Origin: Candidatus Bathyarchaeota archaeon
Lineage (GTDB): Archaea > Thermoproteota > Bathyarchaeia > Bathyarchaeales > Bathycorpusculaceae
Length of the DNA: 24,000 nt
Direction: 5' to 3'
Assembly: GCA_030607735.1 (NCBI GenBank)
Contig: JAUWJK010000013.1
Coordinates: 1 to 24,000 of the forward strand
Shown here: piece after piece, positions 1 through 8,115 of the stretch
How the letters are laid out: every line of letters starts with the position of its first letter
Numbering within the stretch: the stretch's first letter is position 1
The notes under the pieces: model-generated
Told to the model about the DNA's origin: nothing
Databases searched by the model: none
What the model saw: only the letters and a program-made list of their open reading frames with translations
Made by a program: the position numbers and the translations under genes

Positions 1-2
1 CC

Positions 3-158
3 CAAACAAAACAACAAACACAACCCCAAACAAAAACTACCGAGTCAAAATGCAGTCACTATTGTGGTTACTTAAAAAGTCGGGACAAATCTGAGGAAAT
101 ACATGGAGAATGTCTTATCTGCGAAAAATTAATCCGATGCTCCAGTGCAAGTAGTTAA
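3..158 (+). CDS. 3' end of a gene cut by the left window edge: a Q/T/K/N-rich low-complexity stretch followed by a Cys-rich (zinc-ribbon-like) tail
   Basis: Frame 3 is open from the window edge to TAA at 156-158. The translation reads ...QTKTTESKCSHYCGYLKSRDKSEEIHGECLICEKLIRCSSASS*, with C-x3-C ... C-x2-C-x5-C spacing. No start is visible, and it is absent from the ORF track because it is truncated. Confidence 0.3.
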   Translation, partial: QTKQQTQPQTKTTESKCSHYCGYLKSRDKSEEIHGECLICEKLIRCSSASS

Positions 159-378
159 TTCTTGCAAGATAATATTATTTTAAATAAAATATTTCAAATT
201 TATCGTTTTTTTGAATTCTGCTCCCTTTTTTTTTAAAATAATCTGAATTATAGGCTTTATCTCTATGGTTTAATCAATTTTGAGAATTATGTGATTAACA
301 TTTAGATCTTGAATAACTGTCAGGTATGGTTAAATAAGCTAAAAATGGGGGCTTTCTTGATCTTAGGAATTATTTGAA

Positions 379-1164
379 ATGAAAATTAATCTAAGAAAAA
401 CCAAATTGTTACTTCAAAAGATTAATCTGAGAAAAGTCAAATTGTTATTTCAAAAGACGTTTTTTCTTTATATTATTCTTATTCTTTTGGGTTTAAACAG
501 TTATGTAGGGGAAACATTTGCTGCACAGACTCCATCAAATCAGTCACATTTTGACAGCACATTGACTTTCTCATTATCCATTGGAAATGCCGCTTTACCT
601 GTTCTATGGAGTAGACAAGTACTTGATTCAATATCAATTCCAGAACCTGAACCTATCATGGTACCTTTAGCTACTCCACCGCCTAGCCCGTCACCTACAC
701 CAACACTTATTCCATCACCTACACCAACACTTATTCCATCACCTACACCAACTATAACTCAAGAGCCTGTTATGTTGCTTTCAATTCTTGATGAAAATGA
801 AGAAGCATTAAATGAGATTTTATGGGGAACATTGGTTCCAGGTGGAGAATATAATAGAACTCTAATTCTAAATAATGAGGGAACTGATTCGCTAAATGTA
901 ACTATGAAAGCTGAAAATTGGGTGCCCTTGAAAGCTGAATCGTTTATTTCAGCTTCTTTATATCAGAACTTATCACAAGTTGACTCTCAGGGAGTTTTAA
1001 TTGGTTCATCTGAGAAGATTGAGTTGAAACTATTTTTGAAAATAAATCCGCTAATAATGGAAATAGATGATTTCAAGATGGATTTCGTGTTTATAGCAAC
1101 CCCCCTAGAGAACGTAGAGATAGATGATTCATCAATAGTCATAAAAATTGTGTCAAATTCATAA
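379..1164 (+). CDS. Secreted protein: basic N-terminus, hydrophobic signal-like segment, Pro/Thr/Ser linker, C-terminal beta-rich domain of unknown function
   Basis: 261-aa ORF starting at ATG. It has an h-region (FFLYIILILLGLNSYVGETFA-AQ) and a linker (PPPSPSPTPTLIPSPTPTLIPSPTPT). The C-terminal part (WGTLVPGGEYNRTLILNNEGTDSLNVTM) looks like an Ig-like or adhesin-type sandwich. The antisense ORF 987-1181 is a shadow. Confidence 0.7.
   Translation: MKINLRKTKLLLQKINLRKVKLLFQKTFFLYIILILLGLNSYVGETFAAQTPSNQSHFDSTLTFSLSIGNAALPVLWSRQVLDSISIPEPEPIMVPLATPPPSPSPTPTLIPSPTPTLIPSPTPTITQEPVMLLSILDENEEALNEILWGTLVPGGEYNRTLILNNEGTDSLNVTMKAENWVPLKAESFISASLYQNLSQVDSQGVLIGSSEKIELKLFLKINPLIMEIDDFKMDFVFIATPLENVEIDDSSIVIKIVSNS
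382..453 (+). repeat. In-frame tandem duplication (2 x 36 bp) encoding KINLRKTKLLLQ / KINLRKVKLLFQ at the N-terminus of the 379-1164 ORF
   Basis: Units 382-417 and 418-453 align base for base with only a few substitutions (aaaattaatctaagaaaaaccaaattgttacttcaa / aagattaatctgagaaaagtcaaattgttatttcaa). Confidence 0.85.
691..752 (+). repeat. In-frame tandem repeat (24-bp unit, about 2.6 copies) encoding SPTPTLIP
   Basis: The unit tcacctacaccaacacttattcca occurs at 691-714 and identically at 715-738. A partial third copy runs from 739. Confidence 0.9.
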
Positions 1165-1267
1165 AGCAAGTCTATAATCAAAGAATTTAGTGGATTTAGA
1201 GCTCTAAAGAATTATTGAGGATTTAGTTTTTTAGAAAAAAATTATAATAATTAATTATAAATGGGAT

Positions 1268-2224
1268 TTAGTTTTTTTTGGGTTTCACAGAAACAGTTTC
1301 TTTTCTTATTACTACATATGGTTCTTTTTGTTTGTTTCTAAGGTAGATAATCAACCCAATTAGGCTTACAAGAATAATTATGAAAACTATCATAAGGTTT
1401 CTATCGATATCAAGTGAGTTTTTGGAAACGCTTATTTCTTGGTCAAGGAGATCGATTTCTTGGTTAAGGATAGTAATTTCTTGTTCCAGTTCTGTGTTTG
1501 TTTGGTTTAGGGAAGTGTAGTTGTTATTTAGTGATACATAGCTTTCTTGAATATTAGTGATGTTTGTGTTTAATGAAGCATATTCTGATTCAAGTAATTT
1601 ATTGATATCAATTTGATCTCGATAGTCTGAGTATAAGTTGTTGTAGTTCGAATTTAAATTATCCTTTTGTTTTATGAGGTCGTAGTAAGTTTGATTTAGA
1701 GATTCATATAATATCAAATTATTACCAATTTCTGTTAGTAATAAATTGTAGTCGATTAACAGTTCGCTAAAGGTGATTGTATGTACGTGAGTAGTATAAA
1801 ATGATGTGAAAAAATAATCTGTGTCTTGATTTGTTTTTGCATAGAGAGTGCAGTAGAGTCTTTCAAAGGTGTCTTGAGGTATTGTGAAGTTAATTTGGTT
1901 TGTTAGAGTATTATTATTGTTTAGGTCTAATTTCCAAGAGAATAATGCTAGGTTTGTTATTTCTTGTTGTGTTTGATTAACTGTGCCATAGATGGTTAAG
2001 GTTAAATTGCTTATAGTAAGATCCGCTTGAGAGGTTATGGTTACGTTGTGATAGATCTCCTCTGTTGGATGAGCTTCTTCAGGATAATCAAGATTAACTG
2101 TTAGTCCAACACCATGAAAAGCAAGTGATGAAGTAGATATGGCTAAAGTTCCACTTAATAATAAAGAATTAAGCAGCACCACAAGCAGGAAATAGCGAAT
2201 TCTATTTTTCAGCATTCGTTTCAT
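1268..2224 (-). CDS. Type-I-like surface protein: N-terminal signal/TM, external domain, Asn-rich coiled-coil stalk, C-terminal TM anchor with a basic tail
   Basis: 318-aa ORF. N-terminus: RIRYFLLVVLLNSLLLSGTLAIS. Heptad-like N/L/Y/E-rich segment: NLNSNYNNLYSDYRDQIDINKLLESEYASLNTNITNIQESYVSLNNNYTSLNQTNTELEQEITILNQEIDLLDQEI. C-terminal TM: LMIVFIIILVSLIGLIIYL, followed by RNKQKE...KPKKN. Confidence 0.75.
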   Translation of the reverse strand: MKRMLKNRIRYFLLVVLLNSLLLSGTLAISTSSLAFHGVGLTVNLDYPEEAHPTEEIYHNVTITSQADLTISNLTLTIYGTVNQTQQEITNLALFSWKLDLNNNNTLTNQINFTIPQDTFERLYCTLYAKTNQDTDYFFTSFYTTHVHTITFSELLIDYNLLLTEIGNNLILYESLNQTYYDLIKQKDNLNSNYNNLYSDYRDQIDINKLLESEYASLNTNITNIQESYVSLNNNYTSLNQTNTELEQEITILNQEIDLLDQEISVSKNSLDIDRNLMIVFIIILVSLIGLIIYLRNKQKEPYVVIRKETVSVKPKKN

Positions 2225-2760
2225 GTAAACCTATTTCAGTGGAACAATTTATTTTTAACTACTTCATAATCATAATTGGTTCTAGGAATAACAGTTGGTT
2301 TTCTGGAGTTGATGACTGTATTTGTGTTTTATTATAAAAATTGTTTTTATTCATTAAAAATGTCGCGTTTTTATGATACAAGTTTGTTTTAATAAATAAT
2401 TTTTTAATTTTTTGTTTTATGGTTAGCTATTACGGATTTTATTATAAATCGAAAATGTTTACCTGGATATATGAATATAGTAAAATAGGTGTTTTCAACA
2501 ATGTTTGCTTGCTTTTATGTTAAAAAAAGGTTAAGAGGTTCATTTTTTGTCCGATTTTGTCCGGTTTATAAGGTTTTTTTGTTGTTGTTTAGGGTTTGTT
2601 TTCTTCTATTTTAGAATGGATTCTTGTATGTTTTTTGGGCAATATTAGTTTGTCATTTTTTGGCGAGGCAATTATTATGGTTGTGGAATAGTTTAGGAAA
2701 GTTATTTACGCAAATAGGGTCTATTGAGATTGTGTGGTGTTTTGGTTGATTCAAGATCAA

Positions 2761-4422
2761 ATGTTTTGTTATCAGTGTGAGCAAACTGTTGGGGGAAGGG
2801 CTTGCACAACTTTTGGAGTTTGTGGAAAAAACCCTGAGGTGAGTTCGCTTCAGGACTTGTTGATTTACATGCTCAGGGGATTATCTCAGTTAGCCTTAGA
2901 AGGGAGAAAAGTAGGTGTTAAAGATGAGCAACTTGGCCTGTTTATTTGTGAGTCAGCTTTTATTACATTAACAAATGTGAACTTTGACCCAGATACGCTA
3001 ATAGAATACATAAACAAGTCAGCAAGGCTTCGTGATGGCCTGCTTGAAAAAGTGCAATCAAAGGGTGGATATATAGATTTTCATGGTCCAGTTGACTTGG
3101 TCCTTGAGAAGACAGAGCAGGGCTTAATTAGACAAGGAAAACATGTTGGAGTGAATGCTGATTCCTCGGTTGATCCTGATTTGAAAGGGCTTCACTGGCT
3201 ATTGATTTATGGATTAAAAGGAGTAGCAGCGTATGCGTATCATGCTTACCGCTTTGGTAAAAAGGATGATAGGGTTTTTGAGTTTATTGAGCAGGGTTTT
3301 GCAGCAACGTTAGATAAAACCTTGGGTATTAATGATTTTGTAGATCTTGCCTTAAAGTGTGGTGAAATCAACATTCGAGCCATGGAACTCTTGGATGCTG
3401 GAAACACAGAAAGATATGGTCATCCAGTTCCTACAAAGGTTCCTTTGGGCCACAAGAGCGGTAAAGCAATTTTAGTGTCAGGTCATGACCTAAAAGATTT
3501 AGAAGAAGTTCTTAAACAAAGTGAAGGCAAGGGCATTTATGTTTACACGCATGGAGAAATGCTTCCAGCACATGGCTATCCTAACCTAAAGAAGTATTCT
3601 CATCTCTATGGTCATTTTGGAACAGCTTGGCAAAATCAACAAAAAGAATTTATGAATTTTCCAGGAGCAATCCTGATGACCACCAACTGTATTCAAAAAC
3701 CTAAAGATAGCTACAAAGTAAATCTATTCACTTCGGGTCCTGTAGGCTGGCCAGATGTGGCTCATATCAAATGTTCTCCTATGGATTGTTGTGACTTTTC
3801 AGCTGTTATAGACAAAGCTTTGGAAATGCCTGGATTTAGCCAAGATGAAAGGAACAAGACTGTAAATGTTGGTTTTGGTAGAAATGCTGTTCTTTTATTA
3901 AAAGATGATATAACCGAATCAATTATGAAAGGGCACATTAACTCTTTCTTTCTTGTCGCGGGATGTGACGGGGCAAAACCAGGACGTAACTACTATACTG
4001 AGTTTGTTGAGAAAGCCCCCAAGGATTCTATAATACTGACTTTGGCTTGTGGAAAATTTCGGTTCTTCGATAAAGATCTAGGAGAGATTGATGGTATTCC
4101 AAGATTGTTAGATATAGGACAGTGTAATGATGCTTACTCTGCGGTAAAAATTGCACAAGCTTTTGGAGAAATCTTCCAAGTTGAAATAAGCGAATTACCT
4201 TTGTTTTTTATACTTTCATGGTATGAACAAAAGGCTGTAGCTATTTTGCTGTCTCTTTTCTATTTAGGTGTGAAAAATATTCGCTTAGGACCAAGCCTAC
4301 CTGCGTTTATCACTCCTAATATTCTAAATGTCTTAGTTGAAAAGTTTAATATAATGCCATTAAAAACCCCTGAGGAAGATCTAAAAGCGATTATCGATTA
4401 TGTCACAGGTGTTGACGCTTAA
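2761..4422 (+). CDS. hcp: Hybrid-cluster protein (hydroxylamine reductase / prismane protein), class-1-type N-terminal Cys motif
   Basis: The N-terminus from the ATG at 2761 reads MFCYQCEQTVGGRACTTFGVCGK (C-x2-C-x8-C-x5-C), the canonical Hcp start. Length (about 553 aa) and later motifs fit Hcp (VSGHDLKDLEEVLKQ, YTHGEMLPAHGYP, FGTAWQNQ, MTTNC, LVAGCDG, LACGKFRF, GQCNDAYSA). The ORF track's 2734 GTG start adds 9 residues that Hcp N-termini lack. Confidence 0.93.
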   Translation: MFCYQCEQTVGGRACTTFGVCGKNPEVSSLQDLLIYMLRGLSQLALEGRKVGVKDEQLGLFICESAFITLTNVNFDPDTLIEYINKSARLRDGLLEKVQSKGGYIDFHGPVDLVLEKTEQGLIRQGKHVGVNADSSVDPDLKGLHWLLIYGLKGVAAYAYHAYRFGKKDDRVFEFIEQGFAATLDKTLGINDFVDLALKCGEINIRAMELLDAGNTERYGHPVPTKVPLGHKSGKAILVSGHDLKDLEEVLKQSEGKGIYVYTHGEMLPAHGYPNLKKYSHLYGHFGTAWQNQQKEFMNFPGAILMTTNCIQKPKDSYKVNLFTSGPVGWPDVAHIKCSPMDCCDFSAVIDKALEMPGFSQDERNKTVNVGFGRNAVLLLKDDITESIMKGHINSFFLVAGCDGAKPGRNYYTEFVEKAPKDSIILTLACGKFRFFDKDLGEIDGIPRLLDIGQCNDAYSAVKIAQAFGEIFQVEISELPLFFILSWYEQKAVAILLSLFYLGVKNIRLGPSLPAFITPNILNVLVEKFNIMPLKTPEEDLKAIIDYVTGVDA

Positions 4423-4597
4423 ACCATCAAAAGCTCTCCTATGAACCAAACGTTCTGCTGAAGGTTTTAAAAAAAAGAAGTTGCTGTAAATCGTTTTTAG
4501 TGTAGGTCACGTGAAATTAACGGTAAGATTAAAAGAGCCTTAAATTATTAATTAAAAATGATATAGGAGTTGGTTTGAAATTTCTTGGTTAAAAGCT

Positions 4598-5020
4598 ATG
4601 AGGGAGAAAGAACCACCACAACCAGTTAACCCTATTGGAATTATTGCAATAGGTACTCTTAAACCTGATATTATGACCTCTGCTAAAGAGATGGTCAGAA
4701 AATCGCTTAAACTCGCGCAGTTTAAAACTGTTGATGTTGGGCGAGGGGTTACTCCAACAACTTTTGTTTCAAAGGCGAAAGAGGCAAAAGCTGACATTAT
4801 AGTAGTCTCTGTTTTGCTTTCAGCTGCTAAGGCGAATCTTCCAGCGTTAGTTTCTGCATTAGAGCTTGAAGGGTTAAAGGGTAAAATCGCAGTAATTATT
4901 GGGGGTGCGGCAGTGACGAAAGAGGATGCTAACAAGATAGGTGCATTGTTTGGTAAAACAAGGGAAGAGGCTGTAGTTTTAGCAAAGAAAGCAATGGAAC
5001 AAAAACTAAACAGAACCTAA
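4598..5020 (+). CDS. Stand-alone cobalamin(B12)-binding-domain-like protein (Rossmann-like, about 140 aa) with a degenerate DxHxxG motif
   Basis: Overall pattern of a B12-binding domain: IGIIAIGTL...(DIMTSAKEMV)...FKTVDVGRGVTPTTFVSKAKEAKADIIVVSVLLSAA...LKGKIAVIIGGAAVT...A.KIGA. The His-ligand motif position reads D-I-M-T-S-A (4667-4684). There is no N-terminal helical cap domain. The antisense ORF 4552-4935 is a shadow. Confidence 0.65.
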   Translation: MREKEPPQPVNPIGIIAIGTLKPDIMTSAKEMVRKSLKLAQFKTVDVGRGVTPTTFVSKAKEAKADIIVVSVLLSAAKANLPALVSALELEGLKGKIAVIIGGAAVTKEDANKIGALFGKTREEAVVLAKKAMEQKLNRT

Positions 5021-5053
5021 TAATTCCAGCAATTGTGGTTTTGTAAATTTTAG

Positions 5054-5061
5054 TTTTTTTT
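5054..5061 (+). terminator. Oligo-T tract (T8) downstream of the B12-like gene, a candidate archaeal-type terminator
   Basis: A tttttttt run lies 34 nt after the TAA at 5018-5020, in a convergent intergenic region shared with clpB. Confidence 0.35.
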
Positions 5062-5239
5062 AGAGTTCGATCAATTTCTATTGGTTTTTTTGGAAAAATT
5101 GGAAATCATGTTTTGTATTATTGTTTAAACACGTTTTATGCAATAGAGACATGCTTCAAGCACATTGTCAAAAACAAAAAGAGTTAAAGACTGTAGGGTA
5201 AAATAAGTAGAAGCGCTTTGGACATTGAAATAGTACTTT

Positions 5240-7831
5240 TTATTTATTTTTAAATACTAGTTCACCGTTCTTCTCATCGACTACAATTACCGAGTTTTTA
5301 TCGACTTTTTCTTCTAGAATCATTTTTGACAATTCGTTCAACACAGTTCTTTGAATAACACGTTTTATTGGCCTGGCACCAAACTGAGGATCATAACCAA
5401 TAGTGGCAATATATTCCACGGCTTTCTTAGTGAGCGTCAATTTGATGCTACTCTGTTCAAGCAGTGTCTGGATGTTTTTTAGTTGAAGTTCTACTATTTT
5501 TTGCACTTCCTCCCGCGTCAACGGTTGAAACATGATTATCTCATCGATGCGATTCAGGAATTCTGGCTTAATGCTTTTTTTCAACAAATCAAAGACCTGT
5601 TTTCGTGTTTGATTTAAGATTTCTTCGCGGTTTTGCTCATTTAGTTTTTCCAGGTTTTCTTGAATTATGTAAGAACCGATGTTTGAGGTCATTATAATTA
5701 TGGTATTTTTGAAATCCACGCTCCGACCCTTGTTATCAGTCAATCTACCATCGTCAAGCACCTGTAGCAATATATTGAAAACATCTGGATGTGCCTTTTC
5801 AATCTCGTCGAAAAGTACTATAGAATAAGGTTTTCTCCTAACAGCTTCGGTTAGCTGTCCACTTTCTTCATAACCTATGTATCCAGGAGGTGCACCAATG
5901 AGTCTTGAAACAGTATGCCGTTCCTGATATTCAGACATATCAATTCTAACCATGTTATTTTCGTTGTTGAATAGGAATTCAGCTAGAGCTTTTGCTAATT
6001 CGGTTTTTCCAATCCCTGTAGTACCTAAGAAGATAAAAGATCCGATTGGTCGTTTGGGGTCCTGCAAACCTACACGGTTTCTCCTAATAGCATCCGATAC
6101 GGCCTTGATTGCTTCTTCTTGTCCGACAACTCGCATATGAAGTTCTGTTTCTATGTTAAGCAATTTCTGTTTTTCATTCTGGAGCATTCGGCTAACTGGG
6201 ATATGTGTCCAGTGGGAAACTACTTCAGCGATCTCTTCAGCATCGACTTCTTCATTAATCATAGCTGATTCTTTTTGCAACGCTGACAGTTTTTTCTTTA
6301 GAATTTCAATTGTTTTTTCTGCTTCTGGAATTTTGCCGTAGCGAATTTCTGCAAGTTTTCCAAGATCACCAATGCGGTATGCGCCCTCATCTTCAAATTT
6401 AAGTTGTTCGATTTCATTCTTTTTTATCTGAATCTGTTCAACTACATCTTTTTCAGATTGCCATTTAGCTCTCATCTGAGTGCTGTCTTCACGAAGACGC
6501 GCGATCTCTTCATTAAGTGATTTAAGTTTCACTTCATCTTTCTCACGTTTAATGGCTTCTCGTTCAATCTCTAATTGGCGAATCTTTCGGTCTATTATTT
6601 CAAGTTCTTCAGGAGAAGAATTAATTTCAAGTCGAAGTTTAGCGGCTGCCTCATCAATCAAATCGATTGCTTTGTCCGGAAGGAAACGATCGGAAATATA
6701 TCTCTGTGAAAGTTCAACAGCGGCAATTATTGCTTCATCCTTTATCCTAACGTGATGATATGTTTCATAACGCTCTTTCAAACCTCGAAGAATAGATATA
6801 GCATCCAATGTATCTGGTTCATCGACCATAACTGGTTGGAACCGCCTTTCAAGAGCTTTGTCTTTTTCAAAATATTTCTGGTACTCCCTTAGAGTAGTGG
6901 CACCGATTGCACGTAATTCTCCCCTAGCCAGAGCGGGTTTTAGAATGTTAGCTGCATCCATTGCTCCTTCACTAGCACCAGCTCCAACGAGGGTATGAAT
7001 CTCATCGATAAATAGCACTATTTCGCCCTCAGCTGAAATAACTTCCTTGACAACGCTTTTCAATCGCTCTTCAAATTCACCTTTGTATTTTGCACCGGCT
7101 ATTAGAGCGCCCATATCTAGTGAATAAATTTGCTTTGATTTCAGAGTCTCTGGTACATCTCCATCCACTATACGGTGAGCAAGCCCCTCTGCGATTGCGG
7201 TTTTTCCAACACCCGGCTCTCCGATTAGAACCGGATTATTTTTTGTTCTTCGCGATAGGATTTGAAGGACCCTTCGTATCTCCTCGTCGCGACCAATGAC
7301 AGGATCAAGTTTTCCCATTCTAGCCCTGTCATTCAGATTCAACGCATATTTATTCAACGCATTATAGGTCTCTTCAGCAGTTTGAGAATTGACAGTTGAT
7401 CCTTTCCGCAATTGCTTGATTGCTATCCTCAAATCCTTTTTGGAGACTCCGTTATTCTCGAGTAATCTTGAAGCAGCATCCTTCAAAGTTAAGATTCCCA
7501 ACAATAAATGCTCAATAGAAATAAACTCATCCTTGAATTCTGAAGCTATCTCTAACGCCTTCTGAAGGGCTCGATTAGAATTAGAGGAGAGATATTGTTG
7601 TCCACCACTAACCTTAGGTAAGAAATCAATTTGCTTATCAAGCTCTTTTGAAAAAACATCAAGGTTTACATTCAATTTCCCCAATAAATAGGGAGCCACA
7701 TTTTCATCAACCGTCAATATGCCCTTCAATAAATGTAGGGGTTCAACTGATTGATTCCGTTTTGCCGTAGCAATTTCCGTGGCTTTTTGAATGGCTTCTT
7801 GCGATTTAATGGTAAAATTGTTTAAGCTCAT
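5240..7831 (-). CDS. clpB: ClpB-type AAA+ disaggregase (Hsp100)
   Basis: 863 aa. It has N-terminal Clp_N repeats; NBD1 with Walker A GEPGVGKT and Walker [11 protein letters not shown]; a long coiled-coil middle domain (about residues 400-530, EELE...KLRLE...); NBD2 with GTTGIGKT and [14 protein letters not shown]; and a GARPIKR sensor region. The long M-domain and the lack of a visible ClpP-docking loop favour ClpB over ClpA/ClpC. The plus-strand ORFs inside it are shadows. Confidence 0.95.
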   Translation of the reverse strand: MSLNNFTIKSQEAIQKATEIATAKRNQSVEPLHLLKGILTVDENVAPYLLGKLNVNLDVFSKELDKQIDFLPKVSGGQQYLSSNSNRALQKALEIASEFKDEFISIEHLLLGILTLKDAASRLLENNGVSKKDLRIAIKQLRKGSTVNSQTAEETYNALNKYALNLNDRARMGKLDPVIGRDEEIRRVLQILSRRTKNNPVLIGEPGVGKTAIAEGLAHRIVDGDVPETLKSKQIYSLDMGALIAGAKYKGEFEERLKSVVKEVISAEGEIVLFIDEIHTLVGAGASEGAMDAANILKPALARGELRAIGATTLREYQKYFEKDKALERRFQPVMVDEPDTLDAISILRGLKERYETYHHVRIKDEAIIAAVELSQRYISDRFLPDKAIDLIDEAAAKLRLEINSSPEELEIIDRKIRQLEIEREAIKREKDEVKLKSLNEEIARLREDSTQMRAKWQSEKDVVEQIQIKKNEIEQLKFEDEGAYRIGDLGKLAEIRYGKIPEAEKTIEILKKKLSALQKESAMINEEVDAEEIAEVVSHWTHIPVSRMLQNEKQKLLNIETELHMRVVGQEEAIKAVSDAIRRNRVGLQDPKRPIGSFIFLGTTGIGKTELAKALAEFLFNNENNMVRIDMSEYQERHTVSRLIGAPPGYIGYEESGQLTEAVRRKPYSIVLFDEIEKAHPDVFNILLQVLDDGRLTDNKGRSVDFKNTIIIMTSNIGSYIIQENLEKLNEQNREEILNQTRKQVFDLLKKSIKPEFLNRIDEIIMFQPLTREEVQKIVELQLKNIQTLLEQSSIKLTLTKKAVEYIATIGYDPQFGARPIKRVIQRTVLNELSKMILEEKVDKNSVIVVDEKNGELVFKNK

Positions 7832-7910
7832 TTATGATATCCTTCTTTGCCGAGTATTATTGAATTTAATTATGAGTGATACTCTGCAGTAAAACAAATA
7901 CTTTCATACT

Positions 7911-7918
7911 ATTATAAA
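7911..7918 (-). promoter_or_regulatory. TATA-like box (minus strand TTTATAAT), candidate clpB promoter
   Basis: The plus-strand sequence attataaa at 7911-7918 reads TTTATAAT on the clpB strand, about 80 nt upstream of the clpB ATG (7831). An AAGAAGGA Shine-Dalgarno-like element lies just before the ATG. Confidence 0.3.
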
Positions 7919-7922
7919 GTAG

Positions 7923-8009
7923 GTAGTTGGGAAGTAGAATACGTAGTTGCTGGCAGTCGTAGCAGTGCGCGGCGCAGAATTTAGTGCCAACCAACTAATC
8001 ATGAGCACT
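7923..8009. promoter_or_regulatory. GC-rich island dense in inverted and direct repeats between the transglutaminase-like gene's 3' end and the clpB promoter
   Basis: GTAGTTG occurs twice (7923-7929 and 7943-7949). TAGTTGG (7924-7930) is complementary to CCAACTA (7991-7997). GTTGCTGGCAGT (7946-7957) pairs imperfectly with AGTGCCAACCAAC (7983-7995). There is a central palindrome TGCGC-G-GCGCA (7966-7976). AGTGC (7964, 7983) matches GCACT (8005). The composition contrasts with the AT-rich surroundings. Confidence 0.3.
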
Positions 8010-8115
8010 TTGCAGCTCCACGTTTTTAACCTGTAAGTTTTTACAAATGGCTCTACAATAGAAAAGTCTGGTTACTGAGGTTATCAAGTAATATAATCCC
8101 AAATAACTAAAGGCG

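Noticed and set aside
2734-2760. The extended N-termini proposed by the ORF track: the hcp GTG start at 2734, and the GT4 start at 23271.
   Set aside because: The family-typical N-termini (MFCYQCEQT for Hcp; MRILWLN... preceded by GGTGGAG for the GT4) begin at the internal ATGs at 2761 and 23220. The extensions add non-conserved residues or create a 35-nt gene overlap.
4507-4514. The TCACGTGA palindrome upstream of the B12-like gene, and similar short palindromes elsewhere.
   Set aside because: 8-bp palindromes are expected dozens of times by chance in 24 kb, and nothing else supports this one.
4552-4935. A 127-aa minus-strand ORF overlapping the B12-like gene.
   Set aside because: It is the mirror frame of the plus-strand ORF. 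The plus-strand translation shows the B12-domain beta-alpha pattern, whereas the minus-strand one is Ala/Ser/Thr-rich with no motif.
5952-7299. Plus-strand ORFs inside clpB (5952-6140, 6153-6341, 6480-6755, 7090-7299).
   Set aside because: They lie antisense to a full-length, motif-rich ClpB ORF. Their translations are Ser/Arg/Ile-rich low-complexity sequence, typical of shadow ORFs.
7981-8012. The CIRCE-like appearance of TTAGTGCC-N14-GAGCACTTT upstream of clpB, given that the bacterial HrcA operator is TTAGCACTC-N9-GAGTGCTAA.
   Set aside because: The half-sites differ from CIRCE (TGC where CIRCE has CAC, and vice versa), the spacer is 14 nt rather than 9, and only 5 bp are actually complementary. 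The resemblance is superficial.
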